DNA of 64,000 nt, taken from IMG/VR virus record IMGVR_UViG_3300017792_000001, positions 40,697-104,696 of that record; one strand, 5' to 3'. Position numbers and translations under genes: made by a program. Below, in pieces: positions 37,382-46,663 of the stretch (the first letter of the stretch is position 1; the number at the start of each line of letters is the position of its first letter). This stretch comes from a virus. Lineage: Duplodnaviria; Heunggongvirae; Uroviricota; Caudoviricetes. Below the pieces are notes generated by a model. The model was not told the origin of the DNA. It did not search any database and saw only the letters and a list, made by a program, of their open reading frames with translations.

Positions 37382-37762
37382 ATGCCGAGACTAGCAAAGA
37401 AGAAAGAAGCTGCACATTGGTTCCACAGTAAATCACCTGCTGCGCAGAAAGCCTACATCGCTGCGCATCCGAATTCCATTTACGCAAAGAAAGGCGCCAC
37501 GAAGGCCAAGATCAGTAAGACCGCAGAGACTCGCGGTGCTGGCTTGCGCGCTGCCCGTGAAGCTCGTCGTGCATCGACTGAGACTGTCGCACCAAAGAAC
37601 CGCGTGAATCGTGTACGCAAAGCTGCACTACCTGCTCATGAAAACTGGGATGGTTGGGATCCAGAACCGACAGCAACGCCCAAGGGAGCACGTAAAGGCT
37701 TGATCAAGAAATCGTCGGGGTCTGGGGCTGCACCAAAAGTCCGCAAGGGTATCCGCAGATAA
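37382..37762 (+). CDS. basic protein with WF ... QKAYIAAHPNSIYAKK motif, paralogue A
   Basis: ATG 37382; K/R-rich; shares a ~25-aa motif with the convergent gene 37808-38212. Confidence 0.5.
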   Translation: MPRLAKKKEAAHWFHSKSPAAQKAYIAAHPNSIYAKKGATKAKISKTAETRGAGLRAAREARRASTETVAPKNRVNRVRKAALPAHENWDGWDPEPTATPKGARKGLIKKSSGSGAAPKVRKGIRR

Positions 37763-37805
37763 CAAAAAGGCCACTGCCCGGTTAAGAGCGAGTGGCCTTT
37801 TTTAG
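37762..37805. terminator. bidirectional rho-independent terminator (AAAAA-GGCCACT ... AGTGGCC-TTTTTT) at the early/late convergence point
   Basis: 7-bp GC-rich stem flanked by an A-run and a T-run, between convergent genes. Confidence 0.65.
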
Positions 37806-37807
37806 GT

Positions 37808-38212
37808 CTATCGAAGGCGCTTGATGCGATCCTCAAAGACTTTGATCTTCATTTTGAGTTCCTGGTTCTCACGGCTGTACTCCCACGATTGCTTCTCGTC
37901 GGGCATACGCTTGCGTGCCTTCTTCCCTTCGCCCAAGAGCTTGGAGATACGTTCCTTGTTCTGATCAATCTTGCGCTGCAACCGAGCAATAGCCATTTTG
38001 TAGGCTTTGATCCGTGCAGTGTTGTCTTCTTTCACCGTGGTCTTGGTGACTGTCTTGCGCTTCTCCGCGTAGATCGAGTGCGGATGTTCCTTGACGTATT
38101 GCGCTTGCTTCGGCTTGGTCAACTTGCTGAACCAGTTGCCGATGTTGAGTGCTTCTGCCTTGTTACGTGCGCGTCTCTTTCCGGGCTTGACCCGCTTCAT
38201 TACAGCAGCCAT
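37808..38212 (-). CDS. basic coiled-coil protein with NWF ... QAQYVKEHPHSIYAEK motif, paralogue B
   Basis: RBS GGAG 6 nt upstream; last gene of the minus-strand late block. Confidence 0.5.
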   Translation of the reverse strand: MAAVMKRVKPGKRRARNKAEALNIGNWFSKLTKPKQAQYVKEHPHSIYAEKRKTVTKTTVKEDNTARIKAYKMAIARLQRKIDQNKERISKLLGEGKKARKRMPDEKQSWEYSRENQELKMKIKVFEDRIKRLR

Positions 38213-38221
38213 ACAATCTCC

Positions 38222-38635
38222 TCAGACCTCTGTTGATGTGCCCCAAGCCTGGATCATTACCTTGGTGTTTGGTGCGATTCGGTGCGATACGACTGTACCG
38301 CCGATGACGATGTTGACACTTGCACCACGAAGCGTATAACCAGTACCACCTTTAGCAGTCCATGGGCTGATCAGGTTTGCTGTCACCCGATCATGAACTG
38401 CGGATGTTGCTGGCGCTACAGCAGTCGCTATGACGTTAACGGGCGGGGCCGAAAACTTCGCTGCACTCCAATCAACTGAAAAGACACCAAGGGCGTCACT
38501 GGTTGCTTCACCGATCCAGCAACGCATATTGGTGGCTGTTACCCTTCCTTGCGCGTTGTAAAGCGAAATACTGGAGGTCAGGCGTTCCTTCTCCTTGACC
38601 TCGTTTCGTGCCATCACTTTCCCATTGACGTCCAT
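38222..38635 (-). CDS. hypothetical protein
   Basis: 137 aa, RBS GAGGA 7 nt upstream. Confidence 0.5.
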   Translation of the reverse strand: MDVNGKVMARNEVKEKERLTSSISLYNAQGRVTATNMRCWIGEATSDALGVFSVDWSAAKFSAPPVNVIATAVAPATSAVHDRVTANLISPWTAKGGTGYTLRGASVNIVIGGTVVSHRIAPNTKVMIQAWGTSTEV

Positions 38636-38653
38636 AGCGTCATCCTCTCTGGT

Positions 38654-39364
38654 TTATAAATCTCCCGATAAGAAACGACCGATGATACGGCTGACGTGAC
38701 CCACTACCTGACCCAGGCTTGAGTGCCTGAAGTGCCCAGCCTCTTGGCCGCCGCGCACGTAGTCATAGTGGATTGTGAGTTTCTGGATCTGCGGATGCTG
38801 GCACCAGTCTTCAATACGCATAGCGAGAGTGTCGTCGCCCTTCTTCATTTCCAGAGTCACGGTGTCTTCGTCGTCAACCTCCACCTCACCGAAATGCTCA
38901 GCGATCAGAGGTGTATCACGTAGCATCTGGGCAACCTGCTGCATTGCAGAGGTGGCGGACAGAGCCAACATCTTCGACTGCACCAACTCATCCAGAAAAG
39001 GCTTGAGGATCTTCGGTACCTTCTTGCGTGCGTCTTTCAACGGGAACCACTTGCGCTTGCGCAGACCCTTCTCAGGCCAGTCAGGCGTGTCGTTCTTGTA
39101 AAGCATACCGTACATCACGACGCTCTGGTCGCGCCCTTGCTTACGGTACTTGTACGTGCCAAGGGTGGAGAGAATCTGACCAGCTACGCCAGCTTCCTCG
39201 TAAACTTCTTTTGCTGCGCTCTCACGACTCGACAGGTTCTTTTCGACACCGCCTTTCGGGTAGACCCAGTCCTTGCCGTCGCTCGACTTGACCAGCAGAA
39301 TCTCATACTCGAAATTGCGGTTGTAGCGAAAGACCACGCAGCCACTTTGTTTGCGTTCACTCAT
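38654..39364 (-). CDS. NUDIX hydrolase
   Basis: GCVVFR ... ILLVKSSDGKDWVYPKGGVEKNLSSRESAAKEVYEEAGV: Nudix-box-like KEVYEEAGV (R to K variant) after the GG-x-E loop; ATGA coupling. Confidence 0.6.
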   Translation of the reverse strand: MSERKQSGCVVFRYNRNFEYEILLVKSSDGKDWVYPKGGVEKNLSSRESAAKEVYEEAGVAGQILSTLGTYKYRKQGRDQSVVMYGMLYKNDTPDWPEKGLRKRKWFPLKDARKKVPKILKPFLDELVQSKMLALSATSAMQQVAQMLRDTPLIAEHFGEVEVDDEDTVTLEMKKGDDTLAMRIEDWCQHPQIQKLTIHYDYVRGGQEAGHFRHSSLGQVVGHVSRIIGRFLSGDL

Positions 39365-39957
39365 GGCTTATTTCCTATGTGCATCGTAATGCGGTTCTTG
39401 CGACCTGACAGCCCGTTGAGTATCGCACACGAGCAGAAGAACCCGTAACGACGGCATGCTTCGGCTGCAACAGGTGCTTCGGTGATTTCATTCAACGGCT
39501 CTGGCGCTTCGTTCGGGTCGATCCAGCGGCTGTAACGATCAACCCAGACCATGTGATCTGGAATCACTTCACCGTTCTGGAATATGGAATTCGCACGCAT
39601 TTCGGCTTGACGTGCTCGCCATGCAGCCTGCTCTGCTTCGATGCGGACGTTGCGTGCTTCCTCTACTGCAATCTCCTCGGCCGTGGTGACAAAGGTGCTG
39701 TCAACGTCCTTGATGGTGATCGCATCATAGAAGTACAGACGGTTCTCGCCGTCGTTGACTTGAATTGCCAGATCATACGTGACCTTGGAATTCGAGAACT
39801 GCACCTTTTCAATACGTGCCTTGAAGGCTTTGTACATATTGTCTTTGGTGAGCAGCCAGGTGTTCGGATGAAACAACACCTCTGAACCAATCTCGAAGCG
39901 AGAGGAGAATGCACCCGAGTCAGCGACCTTCAACTTCATACTCAGTGAGATAATCAT
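39361..39957 (-). CDS. hypothetical protein
   Basis: 198 aa, ATGA overlaps on both sides. Confidence 0.5.
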   Translation of the reverse strand: MIISLSMKLKVADSGAFSSRFEIGSEVLFHPNTWLLTKDNMYKAFKARIEKVQFSNSKVTYDLAIQVNDGENRLYFYDAITIKDVDSTFVTTAEEIAVEEARNVRIEAEQAAWRARQAEMRANSIFQNGEVIPDHMVWVDRYSRWIDPNEAPEPLNEITEAPVAAEACRRYGFFCSCAILNGLSGRKNRITMHIGNKP

Positions 39958-40418
39958 TCGTGGATCACTCGCTTCTGGTTGTTCTTGGTGAGCGACACCG
40001 AAATCCAGTGCGTCTTGTCCTGGAGGGTGTCGAATTCAGGCAGTGTCTGGATGAACTCAAACAGGCCTTTGTTGTTGCGCGACCGGAGTGTCACTGCGCA
40101 GCATGACTGGTGTTGCTTCTGTTCCAGATACGTGCGCCACGATTCAGGGCGAATATGCAGGCGGTTCGCAATGCACCACTGGACGTAAGCGTTGCGGCTG
40201 TAGTCCTTCTCAAGCGCTTCACTGCGATACCAGGAAGTGATGTGGTACTGGAAGCCAGCTTCGATCAATGGCTCCAGAATACCGAGGGCTAGCGCACGGG
40301 CATTATCAACCAGCGCGTTGCTATCCACTTCGTTGTTGATGTTGAGGCGTACTGCCTGTTCGTTGTACTGGACATCGTACAGGGTGAAGTTGTCACTGAT
40401 CCGGATTCGATTGTCCAT
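39954..40418 (-). CDS. peptidase M15-like protein, putative endolysin (catalytic motif not evident)
   Basis: ISDNFTLYDV ... ALALGILEPLIEAGFQYHITSWYRS matches the N-terminal half of Peptidase_M15_3; the SxHxxGxAxD motif is not recognisable; directly upstream of the spanin and holin. Confidence 0.35.
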   Translation of the reverse strand: MDNRIRISDNFTLYDVQYNEQAVRLNINNEVDSNALVDNARALALGILEPLIEAGFQYHITSWYRSEALEKDYSRNAYVQWCIANRLHIRPESWRTYLEQKQHQSCCAVTLRSRNNKGLFEFIQTLPEFDTLQDKTHWISVSLTKNNQKRVIHE

Positions 40419-40882
40419 TAAAGCACCAATAAAATACCCATGAACACGATCATGGTCTTGTGAATGAGGAGCTCGGTTGAGAACTCTTGGTACTGCTGCC
40501 GACGTGCGTTCTCTGTCTCAGCATACTTCTGCTGGAAGAAGTTGGCACGGTCTTCCTCAAGGGTGAGAGTTTGCAGCATGACATTGCGCTGATCAACCAA
40601 GCCATTGTGTGCTGTGATCAACAACTGGAGCGCTTCGGTGTTTTGCTTGGCTGCAGCCTCGAAGGCCGATAGCTTCTGCACACCAACGCTGTTCAGCACA
40701 GCATACGAAGTCCCGTCGATTTGCTTGATCTGGAGCTTGTCCGTCTGCGGCAGTTCTGCGGCGACAGCGTTCAGCTTCTCAGTCGGGACTAGCTTGGAAT
40801 AACGGTCGCTTGGCTCGACCGGTACTTGTTGCGTGCCGCACCCTGTAAGGAATACGGCTAAGACCAGCGCAATGTACTTCAT
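40418..40882 (-). CDS. unimolecular spanin (u-spanin)
   Basis: N-terminal lipoprotein signal MKYIALVLAVFLTGC (lipobox LTGC) plus C-terminal TM LLIHKTMIVFMGILLVL with a periplasmic coiled region; TAATG and ATGA coupling to neighbours. Confidence 0.6.
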   Translation of the reverse strand: MKYIALVLAVFLTGCGTQQVPVEPSDRYSKLVPTEKLNAVAAELPQTDKLQIKQIDGTSYAVLNSVGVQKLSAFEAAAKQNTEALQLLITAHNGLVDQRNVMLQTLTLEEDRANFFQQKYAETENARRQQYQEFSTELLIHKTMIVFMGILLVL

Positions 40883-41268
40883 GCGGTAGTACCACCTGTT
40901 TGGGTAAGTTCCTTCATTTTCTGCTCTTGCACGGCGATGGCAGCTTCCTGCTTGGCGATGATGTCACCAGCAGTTCCACCGACGGGTGCTTTATTGAGCA
41001 GGTTATCACAGGCGAATCCTATCGCCATGTATGCCAGCTTGCCTGACTCTGGGTCAGTGATGATCGTGAACAGGAATGCCGAGAACGTACCCAGCAGTGC
41101 AGTCTGCGTGCGACCCGGATATTGCTTCCAGTATGCACCCAGGCTGATTTCCAATTCACGGCTACGCTTTGCCCAGTTGATTGCGACACCGATACACACG
41201 CACATGAAATACGTGAGTGCTATATGCGGCTCCACTCCCAGCAACTCCTTCACTGCGTCTAAAAACAT
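40879..41268 (-). CDS. holin candidate (3 TM segments)
   Basis: 129 aa with hydrophobic helices (IALTYFMCVCIGVAINW; ALLGTFSAFLFTII; LAYMAIGFACDNLL) and a charged C-terminus; adjacent to the spanin. Confidence 0.5.
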   Translation of the reverse strand: MFLDAVKELLGVEPHIALTYFMCVCIGVAINWAKRSRELEISLGAYWKQYPGRTQTALLGTFSAFLFTIITDPESGKLAYMAIGFACDNLLNKAPVGGTAGDIIAKQEAAIAVQEQKMKELTQTGGTTA

Positions 41269-41280
41269 GGTGTTCGCTCC

Positions 41281-41586
41281 TTACTGCTTGCCCTTGTTGT
41301 ACGAGTTGACTGCATCTTCCAAGGACATATCTGGTTGAATAACCACGGGCTTCGGCTTCAATGCCGTTTCGATGGTTTTGTGTTGGTCGGCAAGTACGAC
41401 TTGCTCTTTTTCGAGTTGCTTGGCGTTGTTGTCGGCCTGAGACATATCAGGACTTTTCGCAACGGGTTCATTCGCTGGGTTAGCTGGTGACTTACGCATG
41501 ACGACAGCTACGGCGAGACCAATAGCAGCCGGAATTCCCAAGACTAACCAAGCTTTGATCTTCGATAACCATTCCATACGTTTCAC
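41281..41586 (-). CDS. type-II single-pass membrane protein (antiholin / holin-partner candidate)
   Basis: N-terminal TM WLVLGIPAAIGLAVAVV, Pro/Lys-rich periplasmic tail; sits in the lysis cassette. Confidence 0.4.
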   Translation of the reverse strand: MKRMEWLSKIKAWLVLGIPAAIGLAVAVVMRKSPANPANEPVAKSPDMSQADNNAKQLEKEQVVLADQHKTIETALKPKPVVIQPDMSLEDAVNSYNKGKQ

Positions 41587-41592
41587 CTCTTA

Positions 41593-42606
41593 CTACGCTG
41601 ATACTGCGGGACAGATACAGAGAATTGCTTTACTGAACGTGACTTGCTTCACGAACGGTTCGTTCCAGTTCTTGGAGGCGCCTATACTACCAGAAACCCC
41701 ACCAATGAAACAGCGTTCTTCGGTAGCAGTGATGCAGTTTGCGGGTTGTGAACCGACAGCAGCAACGATGTTTGCGGCATTACCGCCTGCTACGACTGGG
41801 GTGAATGTGTCCTTTGTCAAGGCGAGTGCGATTGCAGAGCCGCCAGCGATCTGGTTGCTACCGCCGCACATTGCCCAGACACCACGAGTCTTGTCATAGA
41901 ACACATCGTTCCAGACTCGGCTATCCCCACCGCCAAAGTAGTTCATTACCAGGCTGCCGGTGTATACACCAGTGCTCAGTTTTGTGGCTTGTCCAACCGC
42001 ACCGACGATACCGTCTTCGTTGACAGTCCCGCCGTAAACCCCATAGTACGAACTACCAAAGCCTGCGGCGGCTAGACGAACAAGCACACCATCTTTGTGC
42101 TGCGGTGTGCGTACTACCATAGCAGAACGGTAGTCACCGATGTGCGTGAACACAAACACACCTTTCGCTGCACCTGAACTCCAACCGATAGTACCAGGTG
42201 TTGCATATGGGCAGTCGATGCTAGTCCACGTAACGCCATTGATCGACCAGAACAAACGGTTTGCGGATGTGTTGCCTCGTGCATAGAAGCAGAACACACC
42301 GTCGCTGTACTCAATGGCATTGATGCCGAAGGTGGTTGGTGAAGGTGTAGCAACCCACGTCTTGCCGTCGTCATGTGAAAGAAGGATCTTGCCGCCTTCA
42401 CCAACAGCTACCCAGACATCACTACCGAAAGCAACGCTGTTCAGTTGGGTCGTGATGCCACTGACGACTACTTCCCAGGTATCTCCCGAATCTTCGGTAC
42501 GGGCGATTAAGCCGCCTGCCCCTACCGCCACGAGCAGACCTGGATCATCGCCGAGTGAAGGTCTAGGTCCCGGCCAGGGTGAACGAGATGGGACCAGGGT
42601 CAACAT
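41593..42606 (-). CDS. BNR-repeat beta-propeller protein, putative receptor-binding or glycosidase tail protein
   Basis: Canonical BNR/Asp-boxes TEDSGDTW and SHDDGKTW; N-terminus MLTLVPSRSPWP shared with two downstream fibre genes. Confidence 0.55.
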   Translation of the reverse strand: MLTLVPSRSPWPGPRPSLGDDPGLLVAVGAGGLIARTEDSGDTWEVVVSGITTQLNSVAFGSDVWVAVGEGGKILLSHDDGKTWVATPSPTTFGINAIEYSDGVFCFYARGNTSANRLFWSINGVTWTSIDCPYATPGTIGWSSGAAKGVFVFTHIGDYRSAMVVRTPQHKDGVLVRLAAAGFGSSYYGVYGGTVNEDGIVGAVGQATKLSTGVYTGSLVMNYFGGGDSRVWNDVFYDKTRGVWAMCGGSNQIAGGSAIALALTKDTFTPVVAGGNAANIVAAVGSQPANCITATEERCFIGGVSGSIGASKNWNEPFVKQVTFSKAILCICPAVSA

Positions 42607-42720
42607 TACGTCTGCACCTCACGATAGTGATCGCCTTCTGCCTTGCGCCGTGCAGTCTTCAACAACTTGCGGGCAAGACGGCCTTGGATAGCACGCATAT
42701 CGGATTCAGGTCCTACGCGT

Positions 42721-43401
42721 TTATCCTTCTGTTGCTTCGACTTCTTCGTCGGCAGGGATTCTTGGGTAGGTGCCCCAAGTTCCGCTTGCTGTCGGAGTAT
42801 CAGTTGCATTTCCATTGGGTTCAGTCCAGTCGATTAATGCAGGTGCAAACTCGGCAAACTTGCTGAAAGCCACGCGATAGCTGTCACCTGTGAATGTACC
42901 GATGACGTTGCGTGTCATGCAGTTCTCGGTGTCAATCACAAGGAACAACACCCATTCGCGCTCGCCCAGACCCAACTCACCAAGCTGGTCGAAGCCGAGA
43001 CAGACGTAGTGGTTGTGATAGACCTGGAACGTGGCTTGCATCGGGAACTTCTGAGTGTCAGGCAGTTCAATGCGATTCCAGTTTGCACCATTCGCTTGCA
43101 GGATGTTGTTGAGTTCGAGTGCGACCTCAGACTCCAGAAGCTTGGTGTAGTTGATGTAGTTCTCAAACAGCTTGCCAGTGAGTTGCGCCGTGTTGTCTGA
43201 GGGTGCCACACCTGCCTGATCAAGCATCATCTGGATGAAGTTGACGGCTTTGTCTTCGAGTCGATCACCAGCACGCATACTGTGGACGATACCCGTGTTA
43301 CGCAGCATTGCCATGAGTGCAGCAGCATCGCCGAGTACGACAGGTTGTCCGTAAGAGAGACTGGTGTACTTCTCCTTGTTGAAAAACAGTTTGAGCTTCA
43401 T
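42721..43401 (-). CDS. hypothetical protein (possible fibre chaperone or assembly factor)
   Basis: 226 aa, RBS GAGGG 6 nt upstream; sits between receptor-binding-protein genes. Confidence 0.45.
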   Translation of the reverse strand: MKLKLFFNKEKYTSLSYGQPVVLGDAAALMAMLRNTGIVHSMRAGDRLEDKAVNFIQMMLDQAGVAPSDNTAQLTGKLFENYINYTKLLESEVALELNNILQANGANWNRIELPDTQKFPMQATFQVYHNHYVCLGFDQLGELGLGEREWVLFLVIDTENCMTRNVIGTFTGDSYRVAFSKFAEFAPALIDWTEPNGNATDTPTASGTWGTYPRIPADEEVEATEG

Positions 43402-43472
43402 TGCATGCCCTCATTTGGATAGGCATAAATTACAGACCTGAAGACGGGCCCTATACAAGCGGCCCGAATGCG

Positions 43473-46400
43473 TTACAGGTTGGCGCGTGAAGCACGCACG
43501 ATGCGGAAGTTTTTGAGCGTCATATCCGAGTTCCAGATGACACCACCGCTTGCACCGATACGTCGCCCAATCAGGAACTGAGTATTGGTATCGAGCTGGA
43601 TGTCGTCTGTGAATGCAGACTCGCCGATCTTCACGTTGTCTACCCAGAAGGACAGCATGCCGCTAGAACGGGTGACTTGCACCTTGTACATGGTGTTCAG
43701 GGCGAAGTTGGCAGGGAAGATGCGATACTGCGCAGAGCTTTCATTACCGACGGAGAAGCCGAGATTACCAGTGCCGAAGTTGTAGTTCACCTCATAGTTC
43801 ATCGGGCTTCCAGGTGTTGCAACGTTACCCCAGAAGACCAATGCTACAAGTGAACCGTTCGCTCCAGAAGGCTGTGAGCTTTGCAGACTGAATTCCATGT
43901 CAATCGTGAAGTCACCAGAACCGAGAACAAGCGCTTGGCTTGGTGGAATGGTGATGTACGACCCAGGCGTGATACGCACACCGTCAGCAACTACCGAAGT
44001 ACCAACACCAGAGCCAAGGGCGAGTGACCCTTTGTCGATGATCGTGGTACCTGCCATCTTGATTCGCGGCAGTGTCGATGCTGGCGTAATCTTGCCGTTG
44101 TACATCGCACGTTTGGCAATGCGGATGTTCGTCACTTGCAAGGTATTCGCTGTACCCGAGGTGTTGTCCCACAGGTTACGCAGTGGTCGCAGAGCCGCAC
44201 GGTTGATGAACGGGATTGGTGCACTGCCCTCAGCAACCTTCACACCATCGAAGTACATGGTGATCGTGGAGCCGACCTTCTCGACGACAACGTGGCAGTC
44301 AGAGTTGAGCGGCAGTGGAACACTCGCTTGAATGTTGCGTGCAGAACCAGCACTGTCTACCCAGTAGAAGATCACACCACGACTGCCGCTAGTCCACATC
44401 AACCAGTTACAGTTTGCATCGAAGGCATTACCGTACTGACCCATGATGCCAGATTCAGCAGTCGCTGGGTTTACAGGCATCCGCACCTTGCACTCAATCG
44501 TGAAGTCAGCAGCACCGAAATACGCACACGGTGCAGAGAAACGCGACGTGGCTTGCGGCTGGATGTTCAAGCGACCATACGCAACGGTTGCAGTACCGAG
44601 CAGAGTGATGTTCTCACCAGTCGCTTCGTTTACCAGAGAGTTCTGGCGCATGCAGGACTGGAACACGATGTCAGCAGCAACCGCTTCGTCGTACACCGCA
44701 GGCGTAATCGTTGGCAGAATCGTTGGTGGTGTGAACGGTCCGTTGTATGCAGACTTACCGCGGAAGATCCGCATGTTCCAACGCTTACCGATTGCACCGT
44801 TGCGAATGTTCAGGAACTCTGTACTTCTGAATGTCGCAGTAGCGTTCGGCCCTGAGTAGATCGGCACACCGTTGAGATAGATCGTCAACACACCAGCGAC
44901 ACGTCCAACGGCCAAGTGATGATCAGCGTTCAGCGTGAAGCCTGCAGCAGGCACAGTGATGCGCCCGGTGTTCGGGCTTGCACCATTATCGTTCACGATT
45001 GCAATTACGGTACCGTTGGCTTGTGCGCCCAGAAAGAAGGCAAAGTCAGTGGAACCCGACGGTGCGTACATCGACAGAGCTGCAGCCGCATCAGGAATCG
45101 AAGACATATTCAGCCAGCCTTCAATGCTGAAATCCTCAGCAGCCGACAGGTACAGCGGCATTGCCATATCCATCGGCTTGTCAGTTGACGCCGTATTCAC
45201 CAGCTTGTTACCTGTGATCGTGGCGTTCGATAGCAGCACAGGTGCTTGAGTAACATCGTCTATCGCCAGATTGTCACGGAAGCTGAACTGCGACCAGAGA
45301 GTTGTATCGAACACCATGGAAGGTGCCACGCCTGAATTCAGGATCATGACGCGATGCGTCGTGTCAGCCGTATTTTGAGGTGCGAACGTACCGATGATCG
45401 CGACCGTGCTGTCATCAATGTTGTGCAGCATACTGTCGTAGGTCTGCTTGGACAAACTCAGACCCAGTAGCTTGCTGTTTGCAGACGCATTGACCGCGTT
45501 GGTTGCCGGATCATAACGGAACACGTACACACGCAAATCAGTGGACATCCGTGCCACAATATCTGGCGTGTTAATCAAGTTTGAAGACAGAGCAGCGGGT
45601 GGATTACCAACACCTGCAATGACGATGAACGTGGTCTGATCGACCCAGATTGCATCTTCCATTGTCAACGTGGCGAAGTCAATTCCAGACGCAGTGCTCG
45701 ACAAAGCCGTGATGCCTTGAATATAACCATTCGAAGCACTTCGCGTGAATTGAGAAACTACAACCTGAGCACCGTTGAAGTTGACAAACTTGTCTCCTTC
45801 AATCGGGACAATGTTCCGAGTATACGAAGGTGCAGACGTAGCATAATAGGCATTACGTCCATCGTCAAAGCTGCCTGTGCTGAAATCCAGATAGAAAGCA
45901 GCAGTCTCAGCAGCAACCAGAGACCAGACTTTACCCTTACGATCAACGCGATGTCCCGAATACAGCGGCGCCATACTTGTGGCTTGGTAGTTCGCACTAC
46001 CTCGCGCTTTCTCCGCAACAATCGTATCACCAGACATAGTGATCTTGAACATCATCTGGTAGTCTTTGGCTGCACCTTGTCCTCGACTACCACTCGTTGT
46101 GCCGTTGTACCACGCAATCCCATTACCTGCACTTAGCAGCAGTGGAAGTTGAGGTTGCAAACTGTCAGATGCAGTTGCCGTGGTTGTTGCGGCAGTACGA
46201 CTGACCAACGATACGCTATCATCCGAGTTCACGTTGAGCAGCGCGAACGAGTGGACGGTTGCCAACCCGTTCTTGACGTTGACGTTCTCTGGGATGCTGA
46301 GCACTAATCGTGAGTCAGTAATCTTGGTGATGCGCATCATTGGATGCTGCACCGCCGAGTTACCATTCATGTTCGCGATGAAGCTCGGTGCTTTGAACAC

Positions 46401-46655
46401 CGGCTTCTTGTCCACGAAGTTTACGATCTGGACGTAATACTTGTTCACACCCGCTTGCACACCAGCGAAGACCAAAGCGATCTTGGTCTTGCTGATCGGG
46501 CACCAACTAAGCGCCCGCGTAGACACTGCCATAGCAATGTCAGACGCAGGTGTTGGGATTGTGTTGGACTCGGTTGTGAGGTTCCCGTTGTACCAATCAG
46601 TAGGCAGCGCACGCACAAAAGGCCACGGCGATCTAGCAGGTATTAATGCGAGCAT
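43473..46655 (-). CDS. large tail fibre / receptor-binding protein with tandem LamG/ConA-like jelly-roll domains
   Basis: 1060 aa; repeated ...DFT-I-E... and ...LT-I-Y-x-N/D-G-V... motifs typical of LamG/pentraxin folds; N-terminus MLALIPARSPWP. Confidence 0.6.
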   Translation of the reverse strand: MLALIPARSPWPFVRALPTDWYNGNLTTESNTIPTPASDIAMAVSTRALSWCPISKTKIALVFAGVQAGVNKYYVQIVNFVDKKPVFKAPSFIANMNGNSAVQHPMMRITKITDSRLVLSIPENVNVKNGLATVHSFALLNVNSDDSVSLVSRTAATTTATASDSLQPQLPLLLSAGNGIAWYNGTTSGSRGQGAAKDYQMMFKITMSGDTIVAEKARGSANYQATSMAPLYSGHRVDRKGKVWSLVAAETAAFYLDFSTGSFDDGRNAYYATSAPSYTRNIVPIEGDKFVNFNGAQVVVSQFTRSASNGYIQGITALSSTASGIDFATLTMEDAIWVDQTTFIVIAGVGNPPAALSSNLINTPDIVARMSTDLRVYVFRYDPATNAVNASANSKLLGLSLSKQTYDSMLHNIDDSTVAIIGTFAPQNTADTTHRVMILNSGVAPSMVFDTTLWSQFSFRDNLAIDDVTQAPVLLSNATITGNKLVNTASTDKPMDMAMPLYLSAAEDFSIEGWLNMSSIPDAAAALSMYAPSGSTDFAFFLGAQANGTVIAIVNDNGASPNTGRITVPAAGFTLNADHHLAVGRVAGVLTIYLNGVPIYSGPNATATFRSTEFLNIRNGAIGKRWNMRIFRGKSAYNGPFTPPTILPTITPAVYDEAVAADIVFQSCMRQNSLVNEATGENITLLGTATVAYGRLNIQPQATSRFSAPCAYFGAADFTIECKVRMPVNPATAESGIMGQYGNAFDANCNWLMWTSGSRGVIFYWVDSAGSARNIQASVPLPLNSDCHVVVEKVGSTITMYFDGVKVAEGSAPIPFINRAALRPLRNLWDNTSGTANTLQVTNIRIAKRAMYNGKITPASTLPRIKMAGTTIIDKGSLALGSGVGTSVVADGVRITPGSYITIPPSQALVLGSGDFTIDMEFSLQSSQPSGANGSLVALVFWGNVATPGSPMNYEVNYNFGTGNLGFSVGNESSAQYRIFPANFALNTMYKVQVTRSSGMLSFWVDNVKIGESAFTDDIQLDTNTQFLIGRRIGASGGVIWNSDMTLKNFRIVRASRANL

Positions 46656-46663
46656 ATAGAGCC

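Noticed and set aside
39954-40418. Calling 39954-40418 a confident endolysin
   Set aside because: Only the N-terminal half resembles Peptidase M15_3 and the metal-binding motif is not visible. It is kept as a low-confidence putative endolysin on the basis of its position in the lysis cassette.
44136-44855. Plus-strand ORFs (239 aa, 138 aa and others) inside the large fibre genes
   Set aside because: Embedded in minus-strand structural genes with consistent LamG-like motifs; no RBS; the late block is unidirectional.
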